Source: Eledone cirrhosa
Lineage: Eukaryota
Reading direction: 5' to 3'
NCBI GenBank assembly: GCA_964016885.1
Contig: OZ024741.1
Span: forward strand, 57,164,001 to 57,228,000
DNA: 64,000 nucleotides
Shown here: piece after piece, positions 23,165-34,653 of the stretch
Numbering within the stretch: position 1 is the stretch's first letter
Layout: each line of letters starts with the position of its first letter
Notes under the pieces: model-generated
What the model saw: the letters and a program-made list of their open reading frames with translations, nothing else
Told to the model about the DNA's origin: nothing
Databases searched by the model: none
Made by a program: the position numbers and the translations under genes

Positions 23165-23628
23165 GGTAAACATTGATGCAATTCAATTCAAGCACTCAAC
23201 GTACTTTTTCCACATAGGAGTGACGGAGTAAATATCGAATAAGGAAAAACGAAGTAGTTTCAGATGTTCAAGTCCTTTAATAATAATGTTGTGATATATA
23301 TTTCAGTGACGACACTGGCCACACTGTTCTGTGTGCGAGTGTCGTGTCATCATCAGACAGCTTGTTACATAATAAGGTTATGTTTCCGAGGCAATCCAAA
23401 TTGGATCGACAAGGGAACGGATGAAAAACCCAAGAACACGCAATTCATCCGTTCCCTTGTCGATCCAATTTGGATTGCCTCGGAAACATAACCTTATTAT
23501 GTAACAAGCTGTCTGATGATGACACGACACTCGCACACAGAACAGTGTGGCCAGTGTCGTCACTGAAATATATATCACAACATTATTATTAAAGGACTTG
23601 AACATCTGAAACTACTTCGCTTTTCCTT

Positions 23629-23632
<4 letters not shown>
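23161..23632 (-). mobile_element. Mini-PLE palindrome (arms 23237-23425/23444-23632, tail 23161-23236)
   Basis: 189-bp near-perfect inverted repeat, 18-nt spacer, (TA)n on both sides. Confidence 0.92.
23510..23579 (+). ncRNA. Type I hammerhead ribozyme (mirror copy 23290-23359(-))
   Basis: TGT-CTGATGA-stem II (ACGACACT/AGTGTCGT)-GAAA-tatata-TC^ACA. Confidence 0.8.
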
Positions 23633-23694
<62 letters not shown>

Positions 23695-23954
23695 TATACA
23701 CATACACATACACACACATACACACACACATATACATACACACATATATATACACATATGCATACGTACTCACATATAAAAGGATACATATGCACACACA
23801 CAAATAAGAATAAATAATCATAGTAGGTCGTCACATACAAATAAGCAAATGAAAAATAAGGATTAAGAAAATAAAAAATAAAAAATATTATTAAGTTGTC
23901 AGCGATACAAGACGGCAAAATTTAAAATAAAAATAAAAATAATAAAAATACTAA

Positions 23955-24138
23955 TAATTGTTTCTACTTTAGGCACAATGCCAGCAATTACTCAGTGCAT
24001 TACTGGTACTTTATTTTATCGACCCCGTAAGGATGAAAGGCAAAGTCAACCTCGGCGGGATTTGAACTCAGATCGTAAAGGGACGTAACTATGCTGGAAA
24101 GCATGGCGTCCGACCCTCTACCGATACTGCCAATCCAC
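23955..24138 (-). mobile_element. tRNA-derived SINE family A, full length (further copies ~47588-47700, 55275-55475, 60000-60185, 60235-60445, 60560-60745)
   Basis: A-box TGGCAGTATCGG, B-box GAGTTCAAATCC, conserved central domain, AT-rich tail. Confidence 0.88.
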
Positions 24139-24580
24139 CAATAAAAATAATAATAATGATAATAATAAATGACCAAACGCACGTGGTAAGCAAATGCACA
24201 AAACCTAAATATATATATATATATATTATGGAATACTGTTGGCTTCTTGCTACAATACTTTCTATAACTTTCATTTATATATATATATATATATATACAC
24301 ACACATATACATATATGTGTGTACAACACACACACACATATATACACATATACATACACACATATGCATACATATAAATATACAAGCACACCCCATACAT
24401 ATAAACAGAGCACAGACACAAAAGAGTATATACATACAAATACATATACACGCACACATAAATGCATACAACCACATACACACATATAGTGTAAAAATTT
24501 CTTAAAGATAAATACACAAATATAAAAACTATAAAGTTACATACACACATACGCATAAGTACGTACACACGCACGCACAT

Positions 24581-24635
<55 letters not shown>

Positions 24636-24704
24636 CATATATATATGTAAATACATATACATATATATATACAAATACACACATATATATATATATATAT
24701 ATAC

Positions 24705-26050
24705 ACTAAAGCAAATACGTGTTTGAAACGAAAGAATGGTATTTAACTAATGTGTACGAGATGGGGCCCATCCACAGCCCCAGCGGACAGAATGGAGAAG
24801 GCGTTTCCATGAAGGACGGCACGGGAGACGCGCTGGAAAAGCCACTCGCGGGGCTCACACCTACGGCTGGCCAGCTCAGCGCCTATGGTGGTGAGTAAGG
24901 AGGTAGCCCTGGGGCCGAGGACACTAGAAGTTTCCACTGCCAGGGGAACGACCGCAAACCTGTCGGAGAGCCACCGGTATTTGAGGAGTTTGGCCCCCTC
25001 AGCCCGACGTGCAGCAGAACCTGGGTCAGTCGCAGGTTGCGGCTGTAGAAAGTGTCGGTGCAAGTGGCATCCCAGACGAGGGGTTTTCCACCGCGGAACG
25101 GGAAGATGGTCATGCCATCTGGCCTTTTGCCGTCCCCTCGATCCAGCCCCACCGGCTCGAGCTGGGAAGGGAAGCCTGCAGCGTCCAAGCCATGCTTAAT
25201 GACCTCGTTGAGGGCAGTATGGTGTGGAATGCGACCGGCACTGTGACGACAGGAAAGCGGGTCGAAGCCGAAAGAGTCCACGGTGGAACCGCAGCGACAT
25301 TGGTGTGGCTGGCAGATCCGGAGGCCGAGCGTCAGGGAAACGCCGATTCGCAGGCTATGGTTGTCTAGCTGCGTGCCAGTGGGGAAGGAGGGCAGAGCAT
25401 GGAGTCAGGCACCACTGTGGGGTTTGGAGGCCGCACGAAAACAGACAAGGCGGTGCTGGTCGAGCTGGCGCGTGAGCCTGTCTGAGGCCAGGCTGCACTG
25501 GGTGGCATCCCAAATGCGTTGGGGTGACTTGACGTCAACAGGGGAAGAAGGAGGAGGGACGTCTACTGGGCTAAGTCCCAGCCGGTCCCACGTCTCACAG
25601 GCGGCCTCACGTTCTCTGAACACAGAGGATTCTGTTGTGTGTTGAATAACCCTGCTGACGAGGACGCGGCACGAGGTTACCGACGAAAGATACGCCGGCA
25701 AAGCTAGTGAGATCGGGGACCGGAGACCTAGGCCGCCATACCTGACCGGTAAAATGGCCTGTTGCCACCCTATGTCATCAAACTTGACGTTGCATATCCC
25801 CTCGGCTGCTGCTCGGATACAAGTATCGAGGTCAGCGAGGAGAGATGTCTGGGTGTAGCATGGAGCGTTGCGGAGTGTATAGAGGAGCTTCGGCATGGCG
25901 AAGCAGTTCCTCAGCAGAAAGAGAGCTGGGTGGCCGTTAATCAAGCCCAGTCGGCTCGTGAGAGTCTGGAGCTGTTGAAGCCCGGACCTCATGGTGGAGC
26001 GGATGGCCGGCGGGTGGATCAGTGATCCGAGGATGAGGACATCCTCAAGG
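24705..26050 (-). mobile_element. CRE-clade non-LTR retrotransposon 3' part (RT thumb, Zn knuckle, restriction-like endonuclease); pseudogenised
   Basis: LPVRYGGLG, SGA*(W)L, CRCG..D..G..LSC, H..LN, EP, RPDG, WDAT, KY..L....PLAVET; one stop and one frameshift; 3' end abuts (TA)n. Confidence 0.85.
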
Positions 26051-26144
26051 GGGCGGGGGGGGGGGGGGGCCCCATATACACATATATATATAAAAGAAAT
26101 ACATAAAAGTTTATTTTCAATTTTATGCATATATATATATATAT

Positions 26145-26806
26145 GGCATTGGTAAAATATAACGTCCGGGAAAGTGAAACTAATTTTTATGACAAGTGAA
26201 TGTGTTTGTTTTGTTTTTTTTACACTGAAAATTACGATACAGTTTGTTTATTTACAACAGGTCTCTATAGTGATATGGTGTTAATTAGTATTGCGTGTGT
26301 GATTATTTTCTCTTATATATATATATGTGTGGGTGTGTATATGTGTGTATATATATGTGTGTCTGTATGTATATATATATGTGTGTTTGTATATATATAT
26401 GTGTTTGTGTCATCATCATCGTTTAGATGTTTTTACCCAAATCCCTTATCATTCTCTGTCCTTTTTATGACCCCGCCTTAATCTGTTTATAGTTGGTGCC
26501 AACTTTGGCAAGATATTACAAAAACATCTAAACGATGATGATGACACAAACACATATATATACAAACACACATATATATATATACATACAGACACACATA
26601 TATATACACACATATACACACCCACACATATATATATATAAGAGAAAATAATCACACACACAATACTAATTAACACCATATCACTATAGAGATCTGTTGT
26701 AAATAAACAAACTGTATCGTAATTTTCAGTGTAAAAAAAAAAAAAACACATTCACTTGTCATTAAAATTAGTTTCACTTTCCCGGACGTTATATTTTACC
26801 AATGCC
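26145..26806. repeat. Fold-back element, arms 26145-26434/26520-26806, in (TA)n
   Basis: ~290-bp inverted repeat with few mismatches; no ORF or ribozyme core recognised. Confidence 0.85.
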
Positions 26807-26838
<32 letters not shown>

Positions 26839-27167
26839 TATATACATATATAAATGAAAAGTATAGAGATTATTGTAGCAAGAAGCCAACAGTATTCCAT
26901 AATATATAAGTGACTATAGCGTCAAAATGGAAAAATAGTTAACGTAAGATGTGGGAAAATAATTCAAACTCAATACATATACACATATATATACATACAT
27001 ACACAAAATAAAAATAAAGGGAAAGAAGTGGTATCCAAATAGTAGGGCATACGACAAATAAAAAATAAAGGTATAAATGTTTATAGCTGATTAAGAGCAC
27101 TCAACACTTTGGTTGCTTTCAAGAAACTACTGGTAAATGAAATAATTATCTTATGTTGTTTATTACA

Positions 27168-27213
<46 letters not shown>

Positions 27214-27251
27214 ATATTAATAAATGGAAACTATATTTATAAAACCATATT

Positions 27252-27317
27252 TATTTTATTATACATATTTCAAGGGCAACCAAGGCAGATTATGATGCGC
27301 TTTCATCAGATAAAATA
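27252..27317 (-). ncRNA. Type I hammerhead ribozyme in mini-element 27209-27448
   Basis: Same family as 32915-32980. Confidence 0.78.
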
Positions 27318-27452
27318 CAGATTTGTTTTATAAATAAATATTGACATACCCGGAAAAAAGACAACCTTAACGGTTGGAGCTTCCTGGATAGTTGAGGTTA
27401 AATTTTTAAGCTTGTTGAATCCCAACAAATTAAATAAAACCTCTGCATTTGT

Positions 27453-27540
<88 letters not shown>

Positions 27541-27658
27541 TACTAGGGAGAGGATCAGGGGTGTATAACACTCCACTTATCCAGCAGGCAGTATAAGGTT
27601 AGCTCGATGTCTGAGGACAGAGCCGTGATATAATAAATAACAAAGAACGCCTATAGCA

Positions 27659-27722
27659 TATGCATATCTTTACTTGGTAACATTGTTTCATCCGCACTAT
27701 AAGTGGGACTCATCAGAGCATA
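27659..27722 (-). ncRNA. PLE3 hammerhead motif, stem III imperfect
   Basis: TATGCT-CTGATGA-GTCC CACT tat AGTG c GGAT-GAAA...TA^TGCATA. Confidence 0.5.
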
Positions 27723-28322
27723 AAGGTTAATTACATACCACACAAGCAATAACAAATCCAAGACATTGAAGAATGAAAAATAATAGAAGATAAAGGATAT
27801 TAAGGAAGTAAAAGTAAAAATAAGAATAAAAATAAAAATAAAAATAAAAATAAAAATAAACAATGAAAAATAAGGGGTGCTATCAGTCACAGTTGGGCGG
27901 TGTGCTGTCAACATATAGTTACATACAAGCATACACATGGATAAGAGAACAGACAAGAGTAGATAAGATAGATAGGATTAGGTAAGAGTAGGTAAAAAAT
28001 AGGTGAAAAACAGACTTATAATATATATAAGAAAATATAAAAAAATATAACAAACTTACATATAAAATATAAAATATACAGATAATAGTGATACAGGGTA
28101 AGGAATGAAATAAAATAATATAAAATTAAAATTAAAATTATATAAAATTATATAAAATAGAACATAATATAATATAATCATAAAATAAGATAAAATAAGG
28201 TAAACTAAAATAAAATAAAATAGACTAAAGTAAAATAATATAATATAAGATATAATTAAATGTAATTAAATAAATAAATAAATAAATAAAATTAAATAAA
28301 TAAATAAAATTAAAATTAAAAA

Positions 28323-28358
<36 letters not shown>

Positions 28359-29866
28359 GTAAATAAATAAATAAATAAATAAATGAAATAAAATAAATAA
28401 ATAAATAAAATTAAATAAAATGAAATGAAATAAAATAAAATAAAATAAAGTAAATTGAGATAAGATATATATTTTTTTAGAATATATCTCTTGAATATAT
28501 CAGGGGCCCACGAAGGCACTAAGTGTCACAGTTATCTGTATCACTTGACCATTTTTTTAGAATATATTTCTTGAAAATATCAGGGGCCCACGAAGGCACT
28601 AAGTGTCACAGTCACCAGTATCACTTGACCATTGCAAGGCAATGGAGGCGTCCCAGGTTGGGCAGTCTCAAAAGTTCACTCGAAAGTCACGGGTGTGCAT
28701 TCACACAGTTGAGCGGTGGGGTAATCACAAACCGGTTCACACCCGGGCAGGAGTCCAATGGTCAAACAGAGGTGCATCGAAGGAAGGTAGGAGAATTCAC
28801 GTGCAGTAGCAAGAGGCCGAAAGCGAGGTGCAGGCGGGTTAGCCAAAGCAAGCAGACACAGTTGGAGCGCATACAAAAGATATATAAAAAATAGCTTCAA
28901 GAGCTATGAAGTCACCGCATTGGGACATCACAAGATTATACACACCAATATGTTCAGCACGTATATGCACATATACACACCACATGCATATGCAGAGACG
29001 GTATACATATATATATATTTTTTTTATATACAGACATATACAACCACCTACACCCATACACATATAAATGTATACACAGACACACACGCACACACACACA
29101 GCGTAGGACACCCAGGTCAAAGCTGATATTAAACACAGAAATACCACATTAGGCAAGACCCACCACCACGGATAATACATTCAAAATAAATACATACGAT
29201 GAGATGTAGTAAAATAAAATTGAATTCCTACGGAGATAATCATGTCCGCACGTCTCATTGCCCGATTTAAGTGTACACAGACCGTTAGTAACTACGGAGG
29301 GCTATCGGGGCCAAAACGTTACTTTCGGGATCATAACAACGACCGTCAATATATGGAAGGCCGATCGTGCTAGAAAGACTACAACCCCGGGCAAGAGCTC
29401 CCAGAAGTGAGCCTGTAGATCTTAAACCACAGAATAGGAGGGCAACACGTACATGCGCCACGTATCTACTGCTTACGGCGAGATGGCACAGGTCCGCCCA
29501 CAGTTACAGGCTAAATTTCTATTAGTGCAGCCTATATCACAGTACACGCTCTACATAGATACATTACATCACAACTCATGCGCATACAGGGGTACAGATC
29601 CACAAGATACACATCAGGATGGACCCACCAATGCACCAATGGTGGGTAGGCGATCGTGGATGGGTTACATCCGCTGTGCCAAACAGGGGTGCTTATTAAC
29701 ATACACACCCACTCACCTGTACACCCCAATATCCTGATCAATATCCTCCCGCAGGCATACGTATACACTCACCGACTCATATACATAGAAGACAAACAAT
29801 AGGAGACAGTTACACACAATCAGAGACAGTTACACAAGATAGCCCAACTGGAGAAATAAGGAAGTG

Positions 29867-32355
29867 CTAGCTAATAGGTTTAAAGTAGAAGAAAGAGCTT
29901 AATATTCGGTGGGGGCAAGAGGAAAATATTTCTGACTTTCTATTTAGTAGAGGGCATTTAGCAAATATAATAGAGTGGGATTCGGCAAGGCATAGGTTAC
30001 ATACTCTATTATGAGGAGTATATGGATGGGATTTAGCAACCTGCCGCCAAGTAAGTGTGTAATGTGTTCGTGCATTTTTTAAATTGTGGACGTACGCTGC
30101 CAATGAGGTGGAGTTCCTCAGTTTATTATGTCTAAAAGTGCATTGGTGAGAGTTAAACCTGGTCTTAAAGGGGGTGGAGGTTGATCCTATATAGGTTTTA
30201 GTGGACGCCGTAGTTACCACATCACACGCATAAACTATGTTTCTAACAAGGCAGAAACCATTCAGGGGGCAGCCTGAAGCCCTTCTACAGTTACAACTTC
30301 TGGTGATGCTATTCTCAGAATGATCACCACTTGTGTTTCGGCCCACTCTGTCCACTACCGTGTTTTCCCCTAGGCTTAGGTTGTCTAGGCCTTCCTTTAT
30401 TTTCTTATTATTAGTAATGGCCAGATGAGAGGCCAGATTTTGGGTTGTAGAATACGAAAGTTTAACAACATTCTTATTGAGGATAGAGTGGTACCTATTA
30501 CCAGGAGGGAAGTTCCTTTCTAACACAGAGAAGAAGGCCCTAGGAATATTTATAGCCACTTCAGAATTAAAAGGGGGGTTGAAGTATGTATTCAATCTTC
30601 TTCTATTCTTTTTATTCTTTCTATTTCCATCACTATTATTAGCATTATTATTTCTACGGTTACTATGCTCACCTAGTCTATGCGGGGAGCTGCGAGGCCT
30701 ACCATTGCTATTACTTAGACTAATGGTGCCCTGCTGGTTCATTCCACCGGCATTTAGAAACCTCCCATTCGCGACACCTCTATTGCTATTACTTAGACTA
30801 ATGGTGCCCTGCTGCTTCGTTCCACCGGCATTTAGAACCCTCCCATTCGCGACACCTCCATTACCAATGGACATATTATGTGTTATAACAACACTGGTAG
30901 AGCTACTATTAGGACTATTATTTCCCTGGGTGTAATACAATTTGTCCCTAAAGCCGGATCTAGCTAAGGCATCATTATAGTAATCAGCCTGCGAGTCAAA
31001 CGCCTCCTCACTATGTGAGAGTGAACTTATTCTGTTAGATACGCCCTTCAGTATACCGCTGATGACCGACCTAGGGTGGTTAGAGTTGGTATTCACGTAA
31101 GTCAGCAATTCATTAGGCTTATGGTACGGTGTGTACGTATGGTTATCCAAGTCTAATGTAACATCCAGGAAGTTCACAGTTCTATCATTTATATCCATAG
31201 TAATGGATAGGTTAAAGGTTTTAAAAAAACTATGCAGCTTTTTCCTAATGCGCACTATATTATACTTACTAGTATCTATGGAGAGTAGGGCGTCATCCCG
31301 GTACAACCCGCCCCTAAGGAAAGGGAAGTTACTATGCAGTTCATTGAGGAGGTATAGCCCAACTAAGTCGGTGATCTGAGCAGAGTCACTCGACCCCATA
31401 GTAATGTCAAAATTATCAGGTGTGTTTTTTCTCGTCCATAGATTATCCTCAAACATGATAATGGTTTTACGTGCAGCGAGAACAATATCTATCTGTGGCC
31501 TTGTAATTGCCCCCCTCTGCATGGCTAGGATGAGGGCCTTATTGAGGATAATAGGAGATATAGATTATAATAAGCATCAATATCAAATTGGATGAATTTG
31601 AGTGAGTCACGACCACAATCCGTAGAGAACCACCTAATGACTTCACTAGTGTTACCCCAAAGCTCAAGGAAAGTTTTTTCTCTAACCAGGGGAATAACGC
31701 TATCCAAGATTCCCTTACTAATAATCCCCAGGTCAGACTTGGAGGGGCAGATAAGCCTAACTGAGGGTCTGCTAATAAAATCTTCCTTGTGGTCCTTGAG
31801 GGTGAATCTAGGCTGCTTGGGGTAATAAGGCTGAGTGTGTTTATCCAGACCTAGTTTTACCACTATGTTATACCCCTCCAGATTAATATTATCTAAATTA
31901 CTCTGCGTTGTTTTTTTGTAGTTCCTATGTAGTTCATTATAAATGAAGCCTCGATAGGTTTTATAATCCATACTATATAAGTTTTTAGTTTTGTCAGAGG
32001 GGACCAGAATGGATTTATTATCCCTAAAGTCTCTAACGATTGAACTTAGTTTACTCTGAAATTTATTGGTACATCTAGATTTTTTATATCTAATATTCCT
32101 AACAAGGGATAATAGCTCACTTTCGAAGTTATCCAACAGGCTATAATGCGGGGGGCTCCTATAAGTCTTAAATCCATAATTATTAAAACTACGCCTCTCT
32201 TCAGGGCTATCATACTTCTTATCAAAATGGAACGCACGCCACCGAACACGTTTTACGAATGAGTTTATGCTAGTTATCAGTGATTTCTCATATGAGATTT
32301 TAGGGTGGGTGGGAATATTCTTCAAAGAAATGGGTAAGTATGTCTTTGTTAGCAT
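29867..32355 (-). pseudogene. PLE3 polyprotein (~830 codons; RT + GIY-YIG) broken by a single 1-nt frameshift near 31566
   Basis: SLKNIP, SDKT, KDHK..F...P..RLI.P, FDIDAYY|(S)ISP, MGSSDSA, YRDDAL, FLDVTL, CNC..CPL.G.C, IVY..YIG, CNLC. Confidence 0.9.
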
Positions 32356-32539
32356 ACTGCCTGATAATATACAAGGACACAAATCCACGTATATCAAAGT
32401 TTAAGTTCAACCAGTGGGAGCCGTATAGTATACTAGGGAGAGGATCAGGGGTGTATAACACTCCACTTATCCAGCAGGCAGTATAAGGTTAGCTCGATGT
32501 CTGAGGACAGAGCCGTGATATAATAAATAACAAAGAACG

Positions 32540-32635
<96 letters not shown>

Positions 32636-32636
<1 letters not shown>

Positions 32637-32998
32637 GCAGAGGTTATATTTAATTTAAAAATTTTTATAACTGATATAAAGCACTCAACAAATTAGTGGA
32701 GTAGTGGAGTAAATATACAATATATTAATAAATGGAAACTATATTTATAAAACCATATTTATTTTATTATACATATTTCAAGAGCAACCAAGGCAAATTA
32801 TGGTGCGCTTTCATCAGATAAAATACAGATTTGTTTTATAAATAAATATTGACATACCCGGAAAAAAAGACAGCCTTAACGGGTATGTCAATATTTATTT
32901 ATAAAACAAATCTGTATTTTATCTGATGAAAGCGCACCATAATTTGCCTTGGTTGCCCTTGAAATATGTATAATAAAATAGTTTCCATTTATTAATAT

Positions 32999-33006
<8 letters not shown>
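32636..33006 (-). mobile_element. Mini-PLE palindrome (arms 32713-32860/32880-33006, tail 32636-32712)
   Basis: Inverted repeat with a ~20-nt deletion in the right arm; hammerhead in both arms; (TA)n flanks. Confidence 0.88.
32915..32980 (+). ncRNA. Type I hammerhead ribozyme (mirror copy 32760-32825(-))
   Basis: TATTTTAT-CTGATGA-AAGcGCACC..GGtTGCcCTT-GAAA-tatgta-TA^ATAAAATA. Confidence 0.82.
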
Positions 33007-33084
<78 letters not shown>

Positions 33085-33087
<3 letters not shown>

Positions 33088-33430
33088 ATAGTTAATTCAT
33101 TCGGCAATCAATGTTTATCATTGATTGACCAACGGTCAAAAATACAGATATAAATACATATGTATAGTCTAACAAAGTTCTTTCGTTGCACATCTGCAAC
33201 ATCATCAGTGGTACTATTTTGTTTCCTCCTATTGTATTGTATGTCTACGCCATTTTATATCTGTATTTTTGACCGTTGGTCAATCAATGATAAACATTGA
33301 TTGCCGAATGAATTAACTATGGAGATATAAAAGATACAAAAGCGAAAACCAACCAAACAGTGAGTGTGTTCTGTTATTATTTCTGGCAATATTATTACAA
33401 CAATATGACCCTCCCCAAGTATAACAATAT
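33085..33430 (+). mobile_element. Mini-PLE palindrome (arms 33085-33154/33254-33323, tail to 33430) with hammerhead motif at 33171-33212(-)
   Basis: 70-bp perfect inverted repeat; CTGATGA-tGTTGCA gatg TGCAAC-GAAA-gaac-TT; tail shared with 22389-22470 and 5570-5596. Confidence 0.85.
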
Positions 33431-33484
33431 ATATATACACATACCCACAAAATATGCATGGTTGGGAAAAAATGGGTATACTCT

Positions 33485-33565
33485 GCAGGGCTGACGCGTG
33501 AGAATGTTTGTGGGACGAATGACAGATAACTACGCAGTGACGTCCGCCAGAAGGAAATGGTACAT
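33485..33565 (+). promoter_or_regulatory. Possible promoter/TSS region of the downstream small gene
   Basis: Local CpG cluster with TGACGC/TGACGT (CRE-like) words ~1 kb upstream of the first coding exon; no transcript evidence. Confidence 0.25.
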
Positions 33566-34581
33566 GGAGAGAGAAGCAGACAGAGCGGCAAAAATAAATA
33601 GGAGAAAAGGAAAGAGAAATAAGAAAAATAAAGAGGACAGTTTGGAAGAAAATGAGATTGATATTTACAGAGAGAGAGAGTAAATATTTGAATGTGTACA
33701 CGTGTGACTGACAGAGATCAAGGGCAGGTAACTCTGCACAGAAAATAGTTGAGAGAGAGAAAGAAGGAGAAAAAAGAAAGAGAGAATTACATTTGTATGT
33801 GTGTAGTGGAATAAAGAGCAGGTAACTCTGCAGTAACATTTATTGCAACTATTTGAATGTATCAACAGTTTTGCAGACGACATTTTGATGGATGTGTAAT
33901 TGTTTCATTTGGTATATATATCTTTCCACAGGTAGGTTTCAACACCATGCTTGGATATGAAATATACGAAGAACTAATTAATCGCAAAAGACGAGATGCG
34001 AACCCACTTATCAATATAATTATGATTTAAACATACACACTCATGTTAAAATGAAAGTAACGAGAAATGAGGACGGTCTTATAAAAGTCGGAAATCAACT
34101 CTGGTAACTTTAACGTTACCATATTCACTGCCTGCCTGTATATTTATAAGTATATATATATATATACATACACACAGTTGCATATATATTGTACGACTGT
34201 TATCTGCTGGTGACATCTAATTTTTATCATCTCACTGATTCTCCGAAATTTTGTTTTGGCATTTTCTGACAGTGTAAGATATAATATTCTCTGTTATTTT
34301 CTTTATAGACTGGCACGTTTTATTATTATTTATTTATTTATTTAGATTAATTTTATTTTAGTGACTATAAAAACCCATACATTTTCATCCGTATATTCTG
34401 TATAATATTATGCTTCATTGTAATTATTTCAACTGATAAATATTGAAATACAGTTGAGACCAAGAGAAAGTAAAACACCAACCACTTCTCTATCTGAATA
34501 TCGAAATCGTCCTCTTCACATTAATAAATCAACATATATAACAAACAGTTTGAAATTATTTTAGGTGTTTATGTGAAAACG

Positions 34582-34653
34582 ATGTCGAAAACAGGGAACC
34601 ATCAATATCGAAACTATTCCAGCAATAATAATGTTCCAATAGATAACCCACAA
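34582..34653 (+). CDS. Probable first coding exon (MSKTGNHQYRNYSSNNNVPIDNPQ) of the small Cys-rich protein gene
   Basis: Acceptor TTTTAG at 34564, ATG, 24 codons, strong donor GTAAGT in phase 0, compatible with the exon at 53910. Confidence 0.6.

Larger units (their letters stand above)
27535..32544 (-). mobile_element. Near full-length Penelope-like element PLE3 with ~120-bp terminal direct repeats (27535-27655, 32425-32544)
   Basis: Identical repeats at both ends, (TA)n outside each; long ORF; ~2.1-kb 3' UTR with an 80-bp tandem duplication (28474-28633). Confidence 0.93.

Noticed and set aside
25405-25407. In-frame TGA in the CRE element as selenocysteine/readthrough
   Set aside because: Falls at a conserved Trp (SGAWL), i.e. 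a simple TGG>TGA mutation in a frameshifted copy
191-33430. Alternating (TA)n and unique spacers as a CRISPR-like array
   Set aside because: Repeats are variable-length microsatellites, spacers are retroelement pieces, the context is eukaryotic and there are no cas genes
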